From Chiloscyllium plagiosum (lineage: Eukaryota), in NCBI RefSeq assembly GCF_004010195.1, contig NC_057750.1:16012550-16076549 (forward strand): DNA of 64,000 nt. Reading direction: 5' to 3'. Every line of letters begins with the position of its first letter. Position 1 is the stretch's first letter. The notes beneath the pieces are model-generated. The model had not been told where the DNA came from, did not search any database, and saw only the letters and a list, made by a program, of their open reading frames with translations. Below are positions 13,436-25,762 of this stretch, in pieces. Position numbers and translations under genes: made by a program.

Positions 13436-15705
13436 AAGAACAAAGAAAATTTACAGCCCAGGAACAGGCCCTTCAGCCCTCGAAGCCTGAGCCGATCAGA
13501 ATGTAATGTCTAAACCTGTCGGTCAATTCCTAAGCATCTATATCCCTCTACTTGCCACCTACTCATGCATTTATCCAGACGCATCTTAAATGAATCTACC
13601 GTGCCTCCCTCTACCACCTCTGCTGGCAACGCGTTCCAAACGCCCACCTCCCTCTGTGAGAAGTACTTGCTGCATGTATCCCCCTTAAACTTTCCACCTC
13701 TCACCTTGAAAGCATGACCTCTCGTTATTGAGTTCTTCACCCTGGGAAAAAGCTTGTCTCAATCCACCCTGTCTATACCCTTCATGATTTTGTAAACCTC
13801 AATCGGGTCCCCTCTCAATCTCCTTTTTTCTAATGAAAATAAACCTACCCTACTCAACCTCTCTTCATAGCTAGCACCTTCCATACCAGGCAACATCCTC
13901 ATAAACCTTCTCTGCACCCCCTCCAAAACGTCCACATCCTTTTGGTAATGTGGCGACCAGAACTGTATACAGTATTCTAAATGCGGCCGAACCGATGTCT
14001 TATACAATTTTAACATGACTTACCAGCTCTTATACTCAATACCCTGTCCAATGAAGGCAAGTATACTATATGTCTTCTTGACCACTCCATTTCCACCTGT
14101 GCAGCAACCTTCAGGGTACAATGGACCTGCACTCCCAGATCTCTGTGCCCATCAACTTTTCCCAAGGCCCTTCCGTTCATTGTATAATTCGCTCTAGAAT
14201 TAGTCTTGCCTAAATTCATCACCTCACATTTGTCTGGATTGAAAACCATCTGCCACCTTTCCGCCCAACTCTCCAGTCTATCTATAACCTCCTGTATTCT
14301 CTTACAGTCTCTTATGCTTTCTGCTACTCCACCAATCTTTGTGTCATCTGCAAACTTGCTGATCATAACAACAGTGCCCTCTTCCAGATCATTTAGGTTT
14401 ATTACAAACAACAGTGCCCCCAACACTGACCCCTATGGAACACCACTTGTCACCTTTCTCCATTTCAAGAAACTCCCTTCAACTACTACTCTGTCTCCTG
14501 TTACTCAACCAGTTCTTTATCCACCTAGCTAGAACACCCTGCACACCATATGACTTCACTTTCTCAATTAGTCTACCGTGGAGAACCTTATCGAACACCT
14601 TACTAAAGTCCATGTATATGACATCAACAGCCCTTTCTTCATCTATCAACTTGGTCACTTCCTCGAAGAACTCTATTAAGTTGGTAAGGCATGATCTCCC
14701 CCGCACAAAACCATGTTGCCTATCACTGATGAGCCCATTCTTTTCTAAATATAAATAGATCCTATCCCTCAGTACCTTCTCCAGCGACTTTCCCACCGCC
14801 GACGTCAAGCTCACTCGTCTGTGGTTACCCGGAACATCCCTACTACCCTTCTTGTACAGGGGGACAACATGAGCAACCCTCCAGTCCTCCGGCACCTCAC
14901 CTGTATTTAAGGATGCCACAAAGATATCTGTCAGGGCCCCAGCTATTTCCTCTCTTGTCTCCCTCAGCAATCTGGGGTAGATCCAATCCAGTCCTGGGGA
15001 TTTGTCCACCTTAATAACCCTAACCTACCCAACTCATCTTCCCTACTTATGTCAACGTGATCCAGACTAATCAAACTTCTATCTCTAATCTCAACATTAA
15101 TCATGTTCCTCTCCTCAGTGAACAATGATGCAAAGTAATCATTCAGAATCTCACCCATTCTCTCAGGTCCAATACACAGCCTTCCTTTGTTATCCTTTAG
15201 TGGACCAATCCTTTGTCTAGTTACCCACTTGCTTCCTATATAAGAATAAAATGTTTTGGGATTCTCCTTAATTCTGCTCGCTAAAGCTATTTCATGATCC
15301 CTATTAGCCCGCTTGATTCCTCGTTTAAGACCTGTCCCACTCTTCCAATATTCTTCCAGGGCCTGTTCTGTTCTTAGCTGCCTAGACCTTATATTTTTTT
15401 TTATTTTTATTAAACAAGTTACAAAAACAGTATACAACAAACAGTTACATTTACAGCTGCATACAAAAGACAGCAATTTTACAAGGGAGAGGAGCAGCAA
15501 AGCCAGGCCCCAAACCCCACAGTTCAAACAGTTTACAGGGACATGAGGACAAACCTCAAATCCCAGTTTCATATATAAAAATATAAAGAGACATCAACAA
15601 TGACGTGTACATTAGACAATACTGTTACATACAAAAGTGTAGACAATACAGACCCAACAAGCCCCCGTCCCTCCCACCTGCCTAGACCTTATATGTGCTT
15701 CCGGT
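13436..15705 (-). mobile_element. Relatively young CR1 LINE, 5'-truncated (RT region)
   Basis: ORFs 14479, 14010, 13759 and 13510 with QHGFVRGRSCLTNL, DFSKVFDKV, FADDTKIGG; tail of tctttg-type repeats. Confidence 0.9.
15395..15677 (-). mobile_element. Poly(A)-tailed retroposed fragment (L1/Tx1-like 3' UTR?) inserted in CR1
   Basis: perfect 17-bp TSD ctgcctagaccttatat (15378-15394 / 15678-15694); AATAAA and poly(A) on the minus strand. Confidence 0.7.
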
Positions 15706-15748
15706 CAAGTTAAATGAGGGAGTGAGGTCGAAGGGCTAAATTGTCTAC

Positions 15749-16410
15749 TGTTATGGACCACACCAAACCCCCTTCAGATATAACAACGAGATAGCCTAGA
15801 CCCTAACATTTATCTTATTTAAAGGCAAGTGTAAGGTGCTATGTTCCAGATGTAATTCGATTGATACGCTTCTCAGCTTTAAGCAAAACATTTTTTATTC
15901 TTATCCTACAGTTAAAATGCAAATAAAAGAAAAATAAATTGGTATAACTTTAACTCTGTTTGAAAACTTAACAGAGTAATAGATTATTTAACCACTAAAC
16001 AGCAACTGTTTCAATGTGGTAATATCTCATAAACACACCCTTGGCAAATGCAAATTTAGTTAAATAGACTGTCTCCTGTGCAATGTTTCTCCAGTCCAAG
16101 AGAAAAGAAAATCAAGAGAAAAGTTTGGCAGAGAGAGAGAGAAAGAACTCAAGCATTTTGCTGTAACAGAGACATGTAACAGCTTCCACAGCTAACTTCA
16201 AACTCCAGCAATTACTGAAAGCTAAATTAAAACCCCTTGACTCCACCCATTCATGCTGCTTCTATTCCAACATTTTTTTAAAAACTCCCAAAGCCTCACA
16301 AGCTATTCGCTTTATTGGCTTCGAATAGACCACTTGTCACCTCTGTCTCAACTTCTCTTCATAAAACAAATAGGACAAAATACACCTGTTAATGCCATAA
16401 TATCATCACA
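15749..16410. mobile_element. Probable solo LTR
   Basis: TG…CA ends (tgttat…atcaca); 4-bp TSD ctac/ctgc; interrupts a CR1 3' tail. Confidence 0.6.
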
Positions 16411-17149
16411 CTGCTCCCACTCCTAATTCCTATGTTCATGCAGCAGGCCTGGGACCATCTGTGAAGAAAAAGCAGAGTTGACGTTTTGGATCTTGTGACC
16501 CTTCTTTAGATCTGAATTTTCTCCCTCCAGATGCTGCAGACCTGCTCAGCTTTCGAGCAGTTATTGTTTTTGAACTATTGACTGGTTGTCCATACAAATT
16601 CTCGCAGTGAAGTACCAATCTGTGGTTGAACTTTAGCTTTATAGCAGAACATATTATTGTATAGCAAGTTCCTAAACTCAGTTGTGCTTCAGGGGCTGCA
16701 AGAATAAACGAATGTTTCCGAACAGAAATCCACCACCTGGACTGTTGACAAGTTGCTTGTGAGCTGGCTCAAGCGTATGTGGCAGACCAGCGTGATCAGG
16801 GGACCAGCTGACCTCTAAGTCGGGAAATAGTATAAGGTTAGGGAGGGCTACATTGAGGAAGAAACAAAGCAGATTAAACATTGAGAAAATGTGGACTATT
16901 CCAAGGATGATAAGTGAATGGGACAAAAAGGGAAATTTTAACTTCATAATCAGTAAGGACCTTTGCTTTTAGGTTTTAACTTTAGATATTTTCTAATTAA
17001 TCTGTTCAAAAATGTCATTACACACCTCTGTGGAACATATGGAACTTGAACCTGGACTGCCTCGTTCAGAGGTATAGATGCTACCAGTGCACCACAAGAG
17101 CCCTCGAAGGGAATGAAAGGATGTCTTAGCTTACTGTGTTATCAATATT

Positions 17150-18020
17150 AAAAATCACACAACACCAGGTTATAGTCCAACAGGTTTAATTGGAAGCACA
17201 CTACCTTTCGGAGCGATGCTCCTTCATCAGGTGATAGTGGAGGGCTCGATCGTAACACAGAATTTATAGCAAAAATTTACAGTGTGATGGAACTGAAATT
17301 ATACATTGAAAAATTGATTGTCTGTTAGGCCTTTCATCTGTTAGAATACAGTGGTAGTTTCACTTCTTTCATGTGTAAATCACAAAACTTTTTTTTAAAG
17401 TTGCATTCTCGGGTTAGCTGTTAACAATGGTGATAGCTAGACAATATGTTGAAGGTGTTAGCTCCTTGTGTTCGAAGTCTATGACCTGATGTTTAGATTG
17501 ATTCTAATCTAAAAAGTGAGATAACAGAGTTTTACATAAATTCATGCAGTTTTTGAACTCAGAGTTCTACATGAATATATGCAGTTTTTGAGCAAAATGC
17601 AATTAACTCTGTGCAAGTACAAATTCACCCCACAAAATATATGTGTGCATGTGGGTCTATGTGTGTGTCTGTCTGAGGTGGGGGTTGTGAGTGTGAGAAA
17701 GTGTGTGTGTGTGTGTGTGTGTAGTGAGTGCAAAGTGTCTTAAGTCTGTGAGGGGGTGCATGTGGGAGTGTGGGTGTCTGTGTGCGCGTCTGTGTGTACC
17801 TGTGTCCGTGTGTATGTGTGTGCAGGAATATCTGTGTGTGTGTGTAGTGCAATGGTGATCACCTGTAATGTGACATGAACCCAAGGTCCCGGTTGAGGCC
17901 TTCCCTATGGGTACCAAACTTTGCTATCATCCCCTGCTCGGCCACTTTCCTCTGCTGCCTGTCCTGAAGTCCACCTTGGAGGATGGTCACTTGAAGGTCT
18001 GAGGCTGAATGTCCTGGACC
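17150..18020 (-). mobile_element. Penelope-like element (family A), 5'-truncated: GIY-YIG C-terminus, CA-microsatellite UTR, hammerhead terminus
   Basis: minus-strand translation GPGHSASDLQVTILQGGLQDRQQRKVAEQGMIAKFGTHREGLNRDLGFMSHYR*; 17-bp TSD actgtgttatcaatatt (17133-17149 / 18021-18037). Confidence 0.85.
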
Positions 18021-18264
18021 ACTGTGTTATCAATATTTACTTTACTGATGTGGTTCATTTCTGCCCTACACCTTCAGTTGCTGATTTGACTAAGGTTTGG
18101 AGCTCACATTCTGGGTTATTGGTACAAAACTGTATTTTCCAATTCTGTGCCATAATGGTAACTTACCAAACAAATGTGCAACTGTTATGTCATTTCTGGT
18201 GCTTTGGTAAGTCACTGTTTTTCTGTGCTTGAACTAATTACATTTTATTCTATGCTTAATGCAG

Positions 18265-18547
18265 CCACCTTATCCATCCCCGTCAGGGGCTCCATTACCA
18301 AAGAAGACATATGTGAAAGCTGAAAAGATGAACTATAACATGTATGAGGAGTATGAGGATGATCAGTACGTTGACTATGAGGAAGAGGACGAGGAAGTAC
18401 CAGATGAGGAAGAAGAAGATTATGATGATTTTGCCAAGGAGTTGAGCCAGTACAGGAAAGCAAAGGAGGCTTCTCAGCAACAGCATCAACACCACCAGCA
18501 GCAGTCCCATATGCCAATGGGACACAATAGGGGGCGTGGAGCATCAG
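18265..18547 (+). CDS. ZC3H4: ZC3H4 coding exon (acidic region with DYDDFAKELSQYRKAKE motif, Q/H tract)
   Basis: aatgcag| acceptor, TCAG|gtatag donor; phase 0/1; within ORF 18259..18651; PLPKK..YEEYE..DYDDFxKELxQYR matches the ZC3H4/6 family. Confidence 0.92.
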
Positions 18548-19946
18548 GTATAGCTTGTAGAAAGTTGAAATTTTGTGTGTTCCTTTCTTTACCTTTAATT
18601 TATTTTCCATATTCTGAGGTGGTGGCCAATATTTGGGTGTATTGTAATTAACCTGTTGGTTAACTATTCATCTGTGACAAGGCACAAGGTTTAACTGTCA
18701 GAGCTTAACATTAAACCACTAATCTGTCCCCATTCTAAACTTGTTCCACTATAAATTATTGGGTGACATCCTAGCCCTGGGAGTGGTCTTTTCTTTGGTT
18801 TTGGGGTATTAGAATTGCAGAGTCTCAATGTCCTGCCCATCTCTATGATGTCTTCCAGTTCTGCATGCAGGTTTCTGCATTTCTCCAATCTGACCTCCTG
18901 CACAGTCTAAATTTTCATCATTCCAACAATGAAACTATTTGTGTCCGAAACTCTGAAATTCCATTCTTGAATTTCTTGACCTGAGCTCTTTTATGGTACA
19001 CCTTAATGTTCAGTGGGATCTCAATCTCCCAGTGAGTCAGAACTCAAGAAGCCTTTCCCTTGTGATAAGGTTTATTATTTAACAGCTATATATCTCATAC
19101 CACATCTCTCAGTGTCACCTTTATTGAACTATTTTTAGTCAAAATGTAGGGACACTGACAGTATGCCACAAACCTCATTTGGACCACTACTTCAATCAGC
19201 ACTTAACCCTTAGTGTACTGACAGATTCCTCTTAAAGAGCCACAAACACCTACACCATAGAAAAGTTGAGGGAGGCAGGTAGGTCAGTTGATTAAGCAAC
19301 TAGATTGGGGATCAGCTTAATGCTGACACATTGCAGGGTTCAAACCCTGCTTTTCTAGAGAGAGATTCAGAGGCAACCTGTAATAAAAATATTACAGCAC
19401 AGAAAAAGGCCCTTTGGCCCATACTGTACGTTCCAGCCAAAAACAACCACCTAACTATATTTACATAAAGCTTTTAAAGACATACAAACAATCAACAGAA
19501 ACTGATGAAAAATGAATGTTTGTTTCATACTGTACATACTTTAAAAACCTTCCCTTTCTTTAAACAAACAAAAACACTCATGAAGTTTAACTTATTTTTC
19601 TTCATATTCTTGTAACTTCTCTTTTCAAGGATCTTCAATAATTTCTTGAAGCAAGTGCCTTTTTTGTAAAGCAGGCTTGACAATTAGTAACTGGTATTCA
19701 ACACTGTCAGCAAACAACACTTATTGTAGTAATCCACCAAGAATATGACAGATCCTGCCATGCTCAGAAGATCCCACTAGAAGATTGACCTGTGAAGCAT
19801 AACTGGAAAGAATTAGCTTCTTGTCATCTGAATTACCCAAGGCTGGAAACCTGAGCGTTCATTTTTCTAAACCTAATTTCATTAGTGTTTTATTTGCTCT
19901 CAAGGCTTCCTCATCAATAGCCTGCTTCATCATTGTACTTATTTAG

Positions 19947-20310
19947 AATAGGCGATGGTCTAGTGCTGTTATTGTTTGACTATTAGTCCAAAGGAACAGG
20001 TAATGTTCTGGGGACCTAGCTTCAAATATCGCCTTAGCAAATGCTGGAATTTGAATTCAATGATAATTTGTAAATAAAAATCTAATGATGACCATGAAAC
20101 TATCATTGATTGTCAGGAAAAACACATCTAGTTCACTAATGTCCTTTAGGGAAGGAAATCTGCTATTCATAGCTGTTCTGGTCTACATGTCACCCCAGAC
20201 TCAAAGCAAAGTGGTTGACTCTCAACTGCCTTCTGGGCAATTAGGGATAGAAGTTAAATTCTGGCCTAGCTCATGATACCCACATCCCATGAATGAATTA
20301 AAAAAAACAC
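19947..20310 (+). mobile_element. tRNA-derived shark SINE (DeuSINE/SacSINE1-like)
   Basis: ggcgatggtctagtg A-box start; body shared with 1415-1755 and 48720-49130; A-rich end. Confidence 0.6.
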
Positions 20311-21660
20311 TCTGCTGCAATACACCGTAACTAGCATTGGCTCTAGCCTGAGTGCACAATCAGTTAAATATCTTAATTGATGTGTTTCTTTCCTTAGTGC
20401 TAAATCATTTTTCTTGGAGGACTTGGCCTGATGTATCAGGATGAGATAAATACTTTCCAAGCAAGACTGTTGAATTAAGTGTTACATGTGATTTATTCTG
20501 GTTATATGTAAGTTTGTGTGTTTAATGACCCCCAAGCCTGATTGTAACCTTAAAATTAATTTTTACTTTTTCTTTCACACTACCAAAATCCATAGAACCT
20601 TTCCACAGAAAATCAGTAATGTGCGTTATAAATTGCCTGCCAGAACTATGTGATCCAACCAATTTCCAGCAGGACAGCACCTAACTGAGAAATACTAGAC
20701 CCTCCCTGCACATTCACCTTTTAAGAACACTGGCTTAACTTCCAAAACTTCCCTTCTGTATGCATTGAAGAAGGCATTGGATGGTTATTTAAATTAACTT
20801 AAAATAAATATTCACAATTATGAGGAAAGGACAGAGGGTGACACTTAGTTATAATGCTTATTCAGGGAGCTGGTGCATAATCAATAGTGGGAAGGCCTCT
20901 TCTTGTGTCATAATAACTCTATGATTCTGTTGATCACCTTCTTTAGGTGTTTTCAGAAATGCTTCCTTTTAATACTTTTCACCTTCTGGAAATACAACCT
21001 TTATATTGATTGGCTTACATTCCCAGGGGTATGTTGTTAAAAGGGCTGAGAAGATCTTAAAGTTCATTTTTCTTGTAGGGGGAGAACCCTCTTCAATATC
21101 TTGATCACTGAGTCTTACATCAAAATCCCATGCTACTGGAATGGCTTTAGTCTTATATGTCCCATCAGGGGGCGCTTTTTCTTAGCATCTTCATCTGTCT
21201 AATAAGGTTGGCTATTTACTGAACCAAATTCATCCTAGCTGTTCAACTCTTTTTATGGCTCTGTTATTAATTTACCTTCCAAATTGTTTATAACCACTGA
21301 AGTATCTTGATCATAAAGTCATGAACTTCCCATAGAATTCCCACTCCTTGTTCTTGTCAAACAGTGACAGAATCACAGAGGTCTGCAGCATGAAAGCAGG
21401 CCCTTTGGCCTAACTTACCATGCTGTCCAGTTTTCACAATTTAAACTAGTCTCATCTGCCTGCATTTGGTCCATATCCCTCTATACCTATCTCATCCATG
21501 TATGTGTCTAAATGTTTCTTAAATGATGAAATTGTACTTGCTTCCACCACTACTTCTGGCAGCCCATTCCATGCACTCATCACCCTCTGTGTGAAAAAAG
21601 TACCCCTGTGGACCTTTTTGTATCTCTCCCCTTGGATCTCTGGAAACAGTACACCAAAAT

Positions 21661-21960
21661 TGGGGTAGCATGGTGGCTCAGTGGTTAGCTGCTTCATAGC
21701 ACCAGGGACCTGAGTTCAATTCCCGCCTCAGACGACTGTCTGTGTGGAGTTTGCACATTCTCCCTGTCTCTGCTCCGGTTTCCTCCCACAATCCAAAGAT
21801 GTGCAGGCCAAATGAATTGGCCGTGCTAAATTGCCCATAGTGTTAAGTGCATTTGTCAGGATAAATATAGGGTATGCAAGTGGGTCTGGGTTGCTCTTTG
21901 GAGGGTCAGTGTGGACTTGTTCGGCCAAATGGCCTGTTTACACACTGCAGAGAATTTAAT
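21661..21960 (+). mobile_element. HE1-like SINE
   Basis: same A/B boxes and central domain as 11909-12230. Confidence 0.8.
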
Positions 21961-22999
21961 CAAAAGAACTGAGGATGCTGGAAATCAGAAACAAAAACAG
22001 AAATTGCTGGAAAAACTCAGCAGGTCTCTCAGCATCTTTGGAGAGAAATCAGAATTCATGTTTGAGGTTTATGGACCAGAGACTATAGTTCAGAATTATG
22101 ATTTCTGCAAGTTGTCCTACCTTGTTCAGGACTACTGCTTCACAATCTCACCCTCCTATGAGTAGAATTCCTTTCACAAGTTAATAATCTTTACATGGGC
22201 CACGTTCATTTTCTTTGCCAATCTATGGATATTACTTTCTATTCCTCATCTTGCACATTTAACCAATGTCTGTACTTATGCTGCCTTTCCCTGCTGTTCC
22301 TATAATGGTAACATTCCTTCATTCATTAGACTCTTTTGGTATTTTTTGTTTTGGTGCCTACTTTTGGTTCTTGTCCTCTGCGATCGATAGCTTTGTCCTG
22401 GATTTCTGTATCTCCTTGCTCATCCTCAATTGGCAATTCAGTGTCTGTCATCTGATTCTCAGCATTGCCCAATGTAGTGGGCATGTGAAATGCATGGTAC
22501 CTCAACATTTTATACCATCAGTGCATATTAAACTTGAAGAATACACCCTACTCATTTTGTTGCTTTATTGTAAATTTATTGTTTTTCATCACAATCTTTC
22601 CACTTTTTCTGCCACTCTCTTTTGTATTACACCATGTCCCTTGGATTGAAATTTATTTCTCATGGCCTTATATGATGCTATAAGGCTCATTAAATTTCTC
22701 TGAAACTCAGCCTTAATGAATCCCCCTCAATTTGAAAGCTGGGCATTCAAGTGCTTACAAAAATGCGGAACTAAATATAGTCTGATCCCACGCCGACGGA
22801 TGATGGCTCATTATTGAAGGAATTTTTGACTTCTCCCAAAAACCTATTGATGTGAAGTGTAGCCCCAATCTTTCATACAAATTCTTTGCATGGACTGCCC
22901 ATGCCAGCACAGATGTGAATTTCAACTATGTTGATCCAATAAAATTTTACGAAGCATCTTATTTCTCACCACATTATTTCTTTCATACACATTATTATA

Positions 23000-23780
23000 G
23001 AGTCATTGAGTCATACAGCACAGAAACAAATCCTTTGGTTCCACCAGTCCATGCTGACCATAATCCCAAACTTAACTACTACCTGCCTGCGCTTGGTGCA
23101 TATCTCCAAACATTTCTTATTCATGTACTTACCTAAATGTTTTTTAAAATGTTGGAACCGCATCCACCACTTCCTCTGGAAGTACATTCCACATATGAAT
23201 CACTTGCAGTGTAAAAACCTTGCGTCCCCCCCCAAGTCTTTCTCCTCTTAGCTTGAAATCCCCACTCCAGGGAAAAGACACCTACAATTCACCTTATCTA
23301 TAGCCCTCATGATATAAATCTCGATAAGGTCACCCTTCAACTTCCTAAGCCCCAGTGAACAAAGTTCCAACCTTATCCCGCCTTTCCTTATAACTCAAAC
23401 CCTCCATTCTTGGCAGTATCCTGGTAAATCTCTTCTGAACCTTCTCCAGCTTAATAGTATCCTTCCTATAACAGGGAGACCAGAACGGGACACAGTGTTC
23501 TCACCAAGGCCACCTACAATTTCAACATGACTTTCCAACTCCTCTCCTCAAAGGTCTGAGCAATGAAGGCAAGCATTCTAAACATCTTAACTACCCTATC
23601 TATATGTAATGCAACCTTCAAAGAATTATGTACCTGAATCTATAGGTTCTACAGCACTACCCAAAACCCTGCATTTAATTGTATAAGTCTACCCTTGTTT
23701 GTTTTACCAAAATGCTATACCTCACATTTATCCAAATTAATCTCCATTTGCCAGTCTTTAGCATATTGACCCAATTGATT
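23000..23780 (-). mobile_element. CR1 LINE 3' fragment
   Basis: homologous to the 7655-8153 and 43020-44610 CR1 3' ends. Confidence 0.7.
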
Positions 23781-24332
23781 AGTACTGAAGCAGCTTTCTG
23801 ATTCTGTATTTATCACCACGATTTTCATGTTTTCACATATTCCTAAATTCAAGATTGACATATGTTCCCCCTGGTGGTGGTAGGGATACGTGTTTTTGGT
23901 TTTGGGTCGCTGGGGGCATGCTGGTGGTGCTGATTTGGTGGTCTGCTTTGTCTTCAGTGGTGACAATCTTCTTGAGTGTTACTGGAGCTGCCATCATCTG
24001 GCAAGTGGATGTTATTTCATTATACTCCTAACTTATAGGACATATTCTCTTCAGTAAAATGATCATTACTAATAAAAACAGTATTATGGTGTAATGAAAG
24101 TAAAGTGCTGGAGAAACGTAATAGATTTGGCAGCATCTGCAAAGAGAGAAACAAAATTAATGTTTCGAGTCCAATATGTTGCAACTTTGCTCGACTTTAT
24201 TTTGCATCCCATTGCAGACATTATTATTTATTTAACTTGTTCATTATTATTCCAGTTTGCTTTTCAGTCAGTTGTGTCCATTTTTGTTCTATCCTGACTT
24301 TATTCTGACTATAAATTCTATTGTTTCTGCAG

Positions 24333-24895
24333 GTCCTGGTCGAGGTGCTGGTAGAGGACGTGGTATGCGAGGCAGAGGTGGCCGAGGAAGGGCTAGGGGA
24401 CGGGGTGGAAGAGGAGGCAGAGGAGGAACACATGGCCAAGTGCATGGACCACAAGGACATGGGTCGGGGCCAGGTCATGGACCATCAGAACATGGACCTC
24501 CAGGACATGGGCCAGGGCCTGTGCATGGCCCCCAGGGACATGGTCCCCCAGGTCATGGACCAGGATCAGGACCAGGACATGGGCCTCCTCCATGCCATGG
24601 GCCTGGGCCAGGACATGGCCCGCCTCCATGCCATGGACCCGGTCCAGGGCATGGACCCCCTCCAGGTCACGGTCCCGGTCCTGGACATGGACCTGGTTCT
24701 AATCTTGGACCACCAGGGCATGGGCCTGGTCCAGGGTATGGATCCCCTGGGCATGGGCCTGGACCAGGACCATCATATGGATCCCCTGGTCATGGACCTG
24801 GGCCAGGACATGGACCACCAGGACATGGACCACCAGGACATATGATGGATCCCATGGGTGAATGTGATGATGACCTTTATGATGAAGAAATGCAG
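24333..24895 (+). CDS. ZC3H4: ZC3H4 coding exon (RG/RGG tract followed by His-Gly-Pro repeats)
   Basis: ttctgcag| acceptor, CAG|gtgagt donor; phase 1/0 is compatible with both neighbours; ORF 24257..24910; ends DDDLYDEEMQ, like ZC3H4 DDEDFYDEDM. Confidence 0.9.
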
Positions 24896-25056
24896 GTGAG
24901 TAAAATCTGAAATTTTTGGGTATTGAATTATTACTTGATGAGTTGTTACCCTTAAAGAGCAGTGTAAATATAAATGTTGCTAAGTCATACAAAAGATATT
25001 TATTAAACCAAAAGAAATTGTGTAAATATTGTAAAAAGGTCTTTGTTTAAATTGTG

Positions 25057-25275
25057 GAGAAAGTGTGGACTGCAGATGCTGGAGATCAGAGTTGAGAGTG
25101 TGGTGTTGGAAAAGCACAGCAGGTCAGGCAGCATCTGAGGAGCAGGAGAATCGACGTTTCAAGCAAGAGTCTTTCATCAATGTTTCCTGATGTAGGGCTC
25201 TTGTCCAAAACGTCAATTCTCCTGCTCCTTGGATGCTGCCTGGCCTGCTGTACTTTTCCAGCACCACACTCTCAA
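25057..25275. mobile_element. Penelope-like hairpin element (family B)
   Basis: inverted arms around 25180; 16-bp TSD ctttgtttaaattgtg (25041-25056 / 25276-25291); decayed hammerhead cores on both strands. Confidence 0.8.
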
Positions 25276-25558
25276 CTTTGTTTAAATTGTGTAATGTTCT
25301 CATTCCTCTATAACCAGCCAGCAATGATGAATCTTGATAATGTTTTTCAGCTTTTATTGTATGGCTAATACACGCTTGCACACTGAGGTAGACGGAACTT
25401 GTTCTGTGCCAGTAATGAGCTGCTAAAAATTAAGCCATGTACTTAAATGTTGTTTCCAATGCCACCTTATCTTCCACTCGTGAGATCAAACTTCATTTGT
25501 CATTGAAGTTATTTAACAATTTGGGTAAGACTAATAACTCTTCTGGGAGGAAACAAAG

Positions 25559-25762
25559 TTAAAATCACACAACAGCAGGTTATAGTCCAGCAGGTTTAAT
25601 TGGAAGCACTAGCTTTCGGAGTGCCACTGCTTCATCAGGTCGTTGTGATAAAGGAGCGGCGTTCCGAAAGCTAGTGCTTCCAGTTAAACCTATTAGACTA
25701 TAACCTGGTGTTGTGTGATTTTTAACTTTTACACCCCGGTCCAACATCGGCATCTCCAAATC
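25559..25762. mobile_element. Penelope-like hairpin element (family A)
   Basis: inverted arms plus tail; 14-bp TSD gggaggaaa(c/t)aaag (25545-25558 / 25763-25776). Confidence 0.8.

Noticed and set aside
17540..17920. His/Thr-rich ORFs
   Set aside because: Translation of the TG/CA microsatellite in the Penelope-like element's UTR.
24321..24845. 174-aa Met/Asp-rich alternative-frame ORF overlapping the HGP exon, plus antisense ORFs
   Set aside because: Expected by-product of stop-poor GGN-CAT-GGN-CCN repeats; no independent start or splice support.
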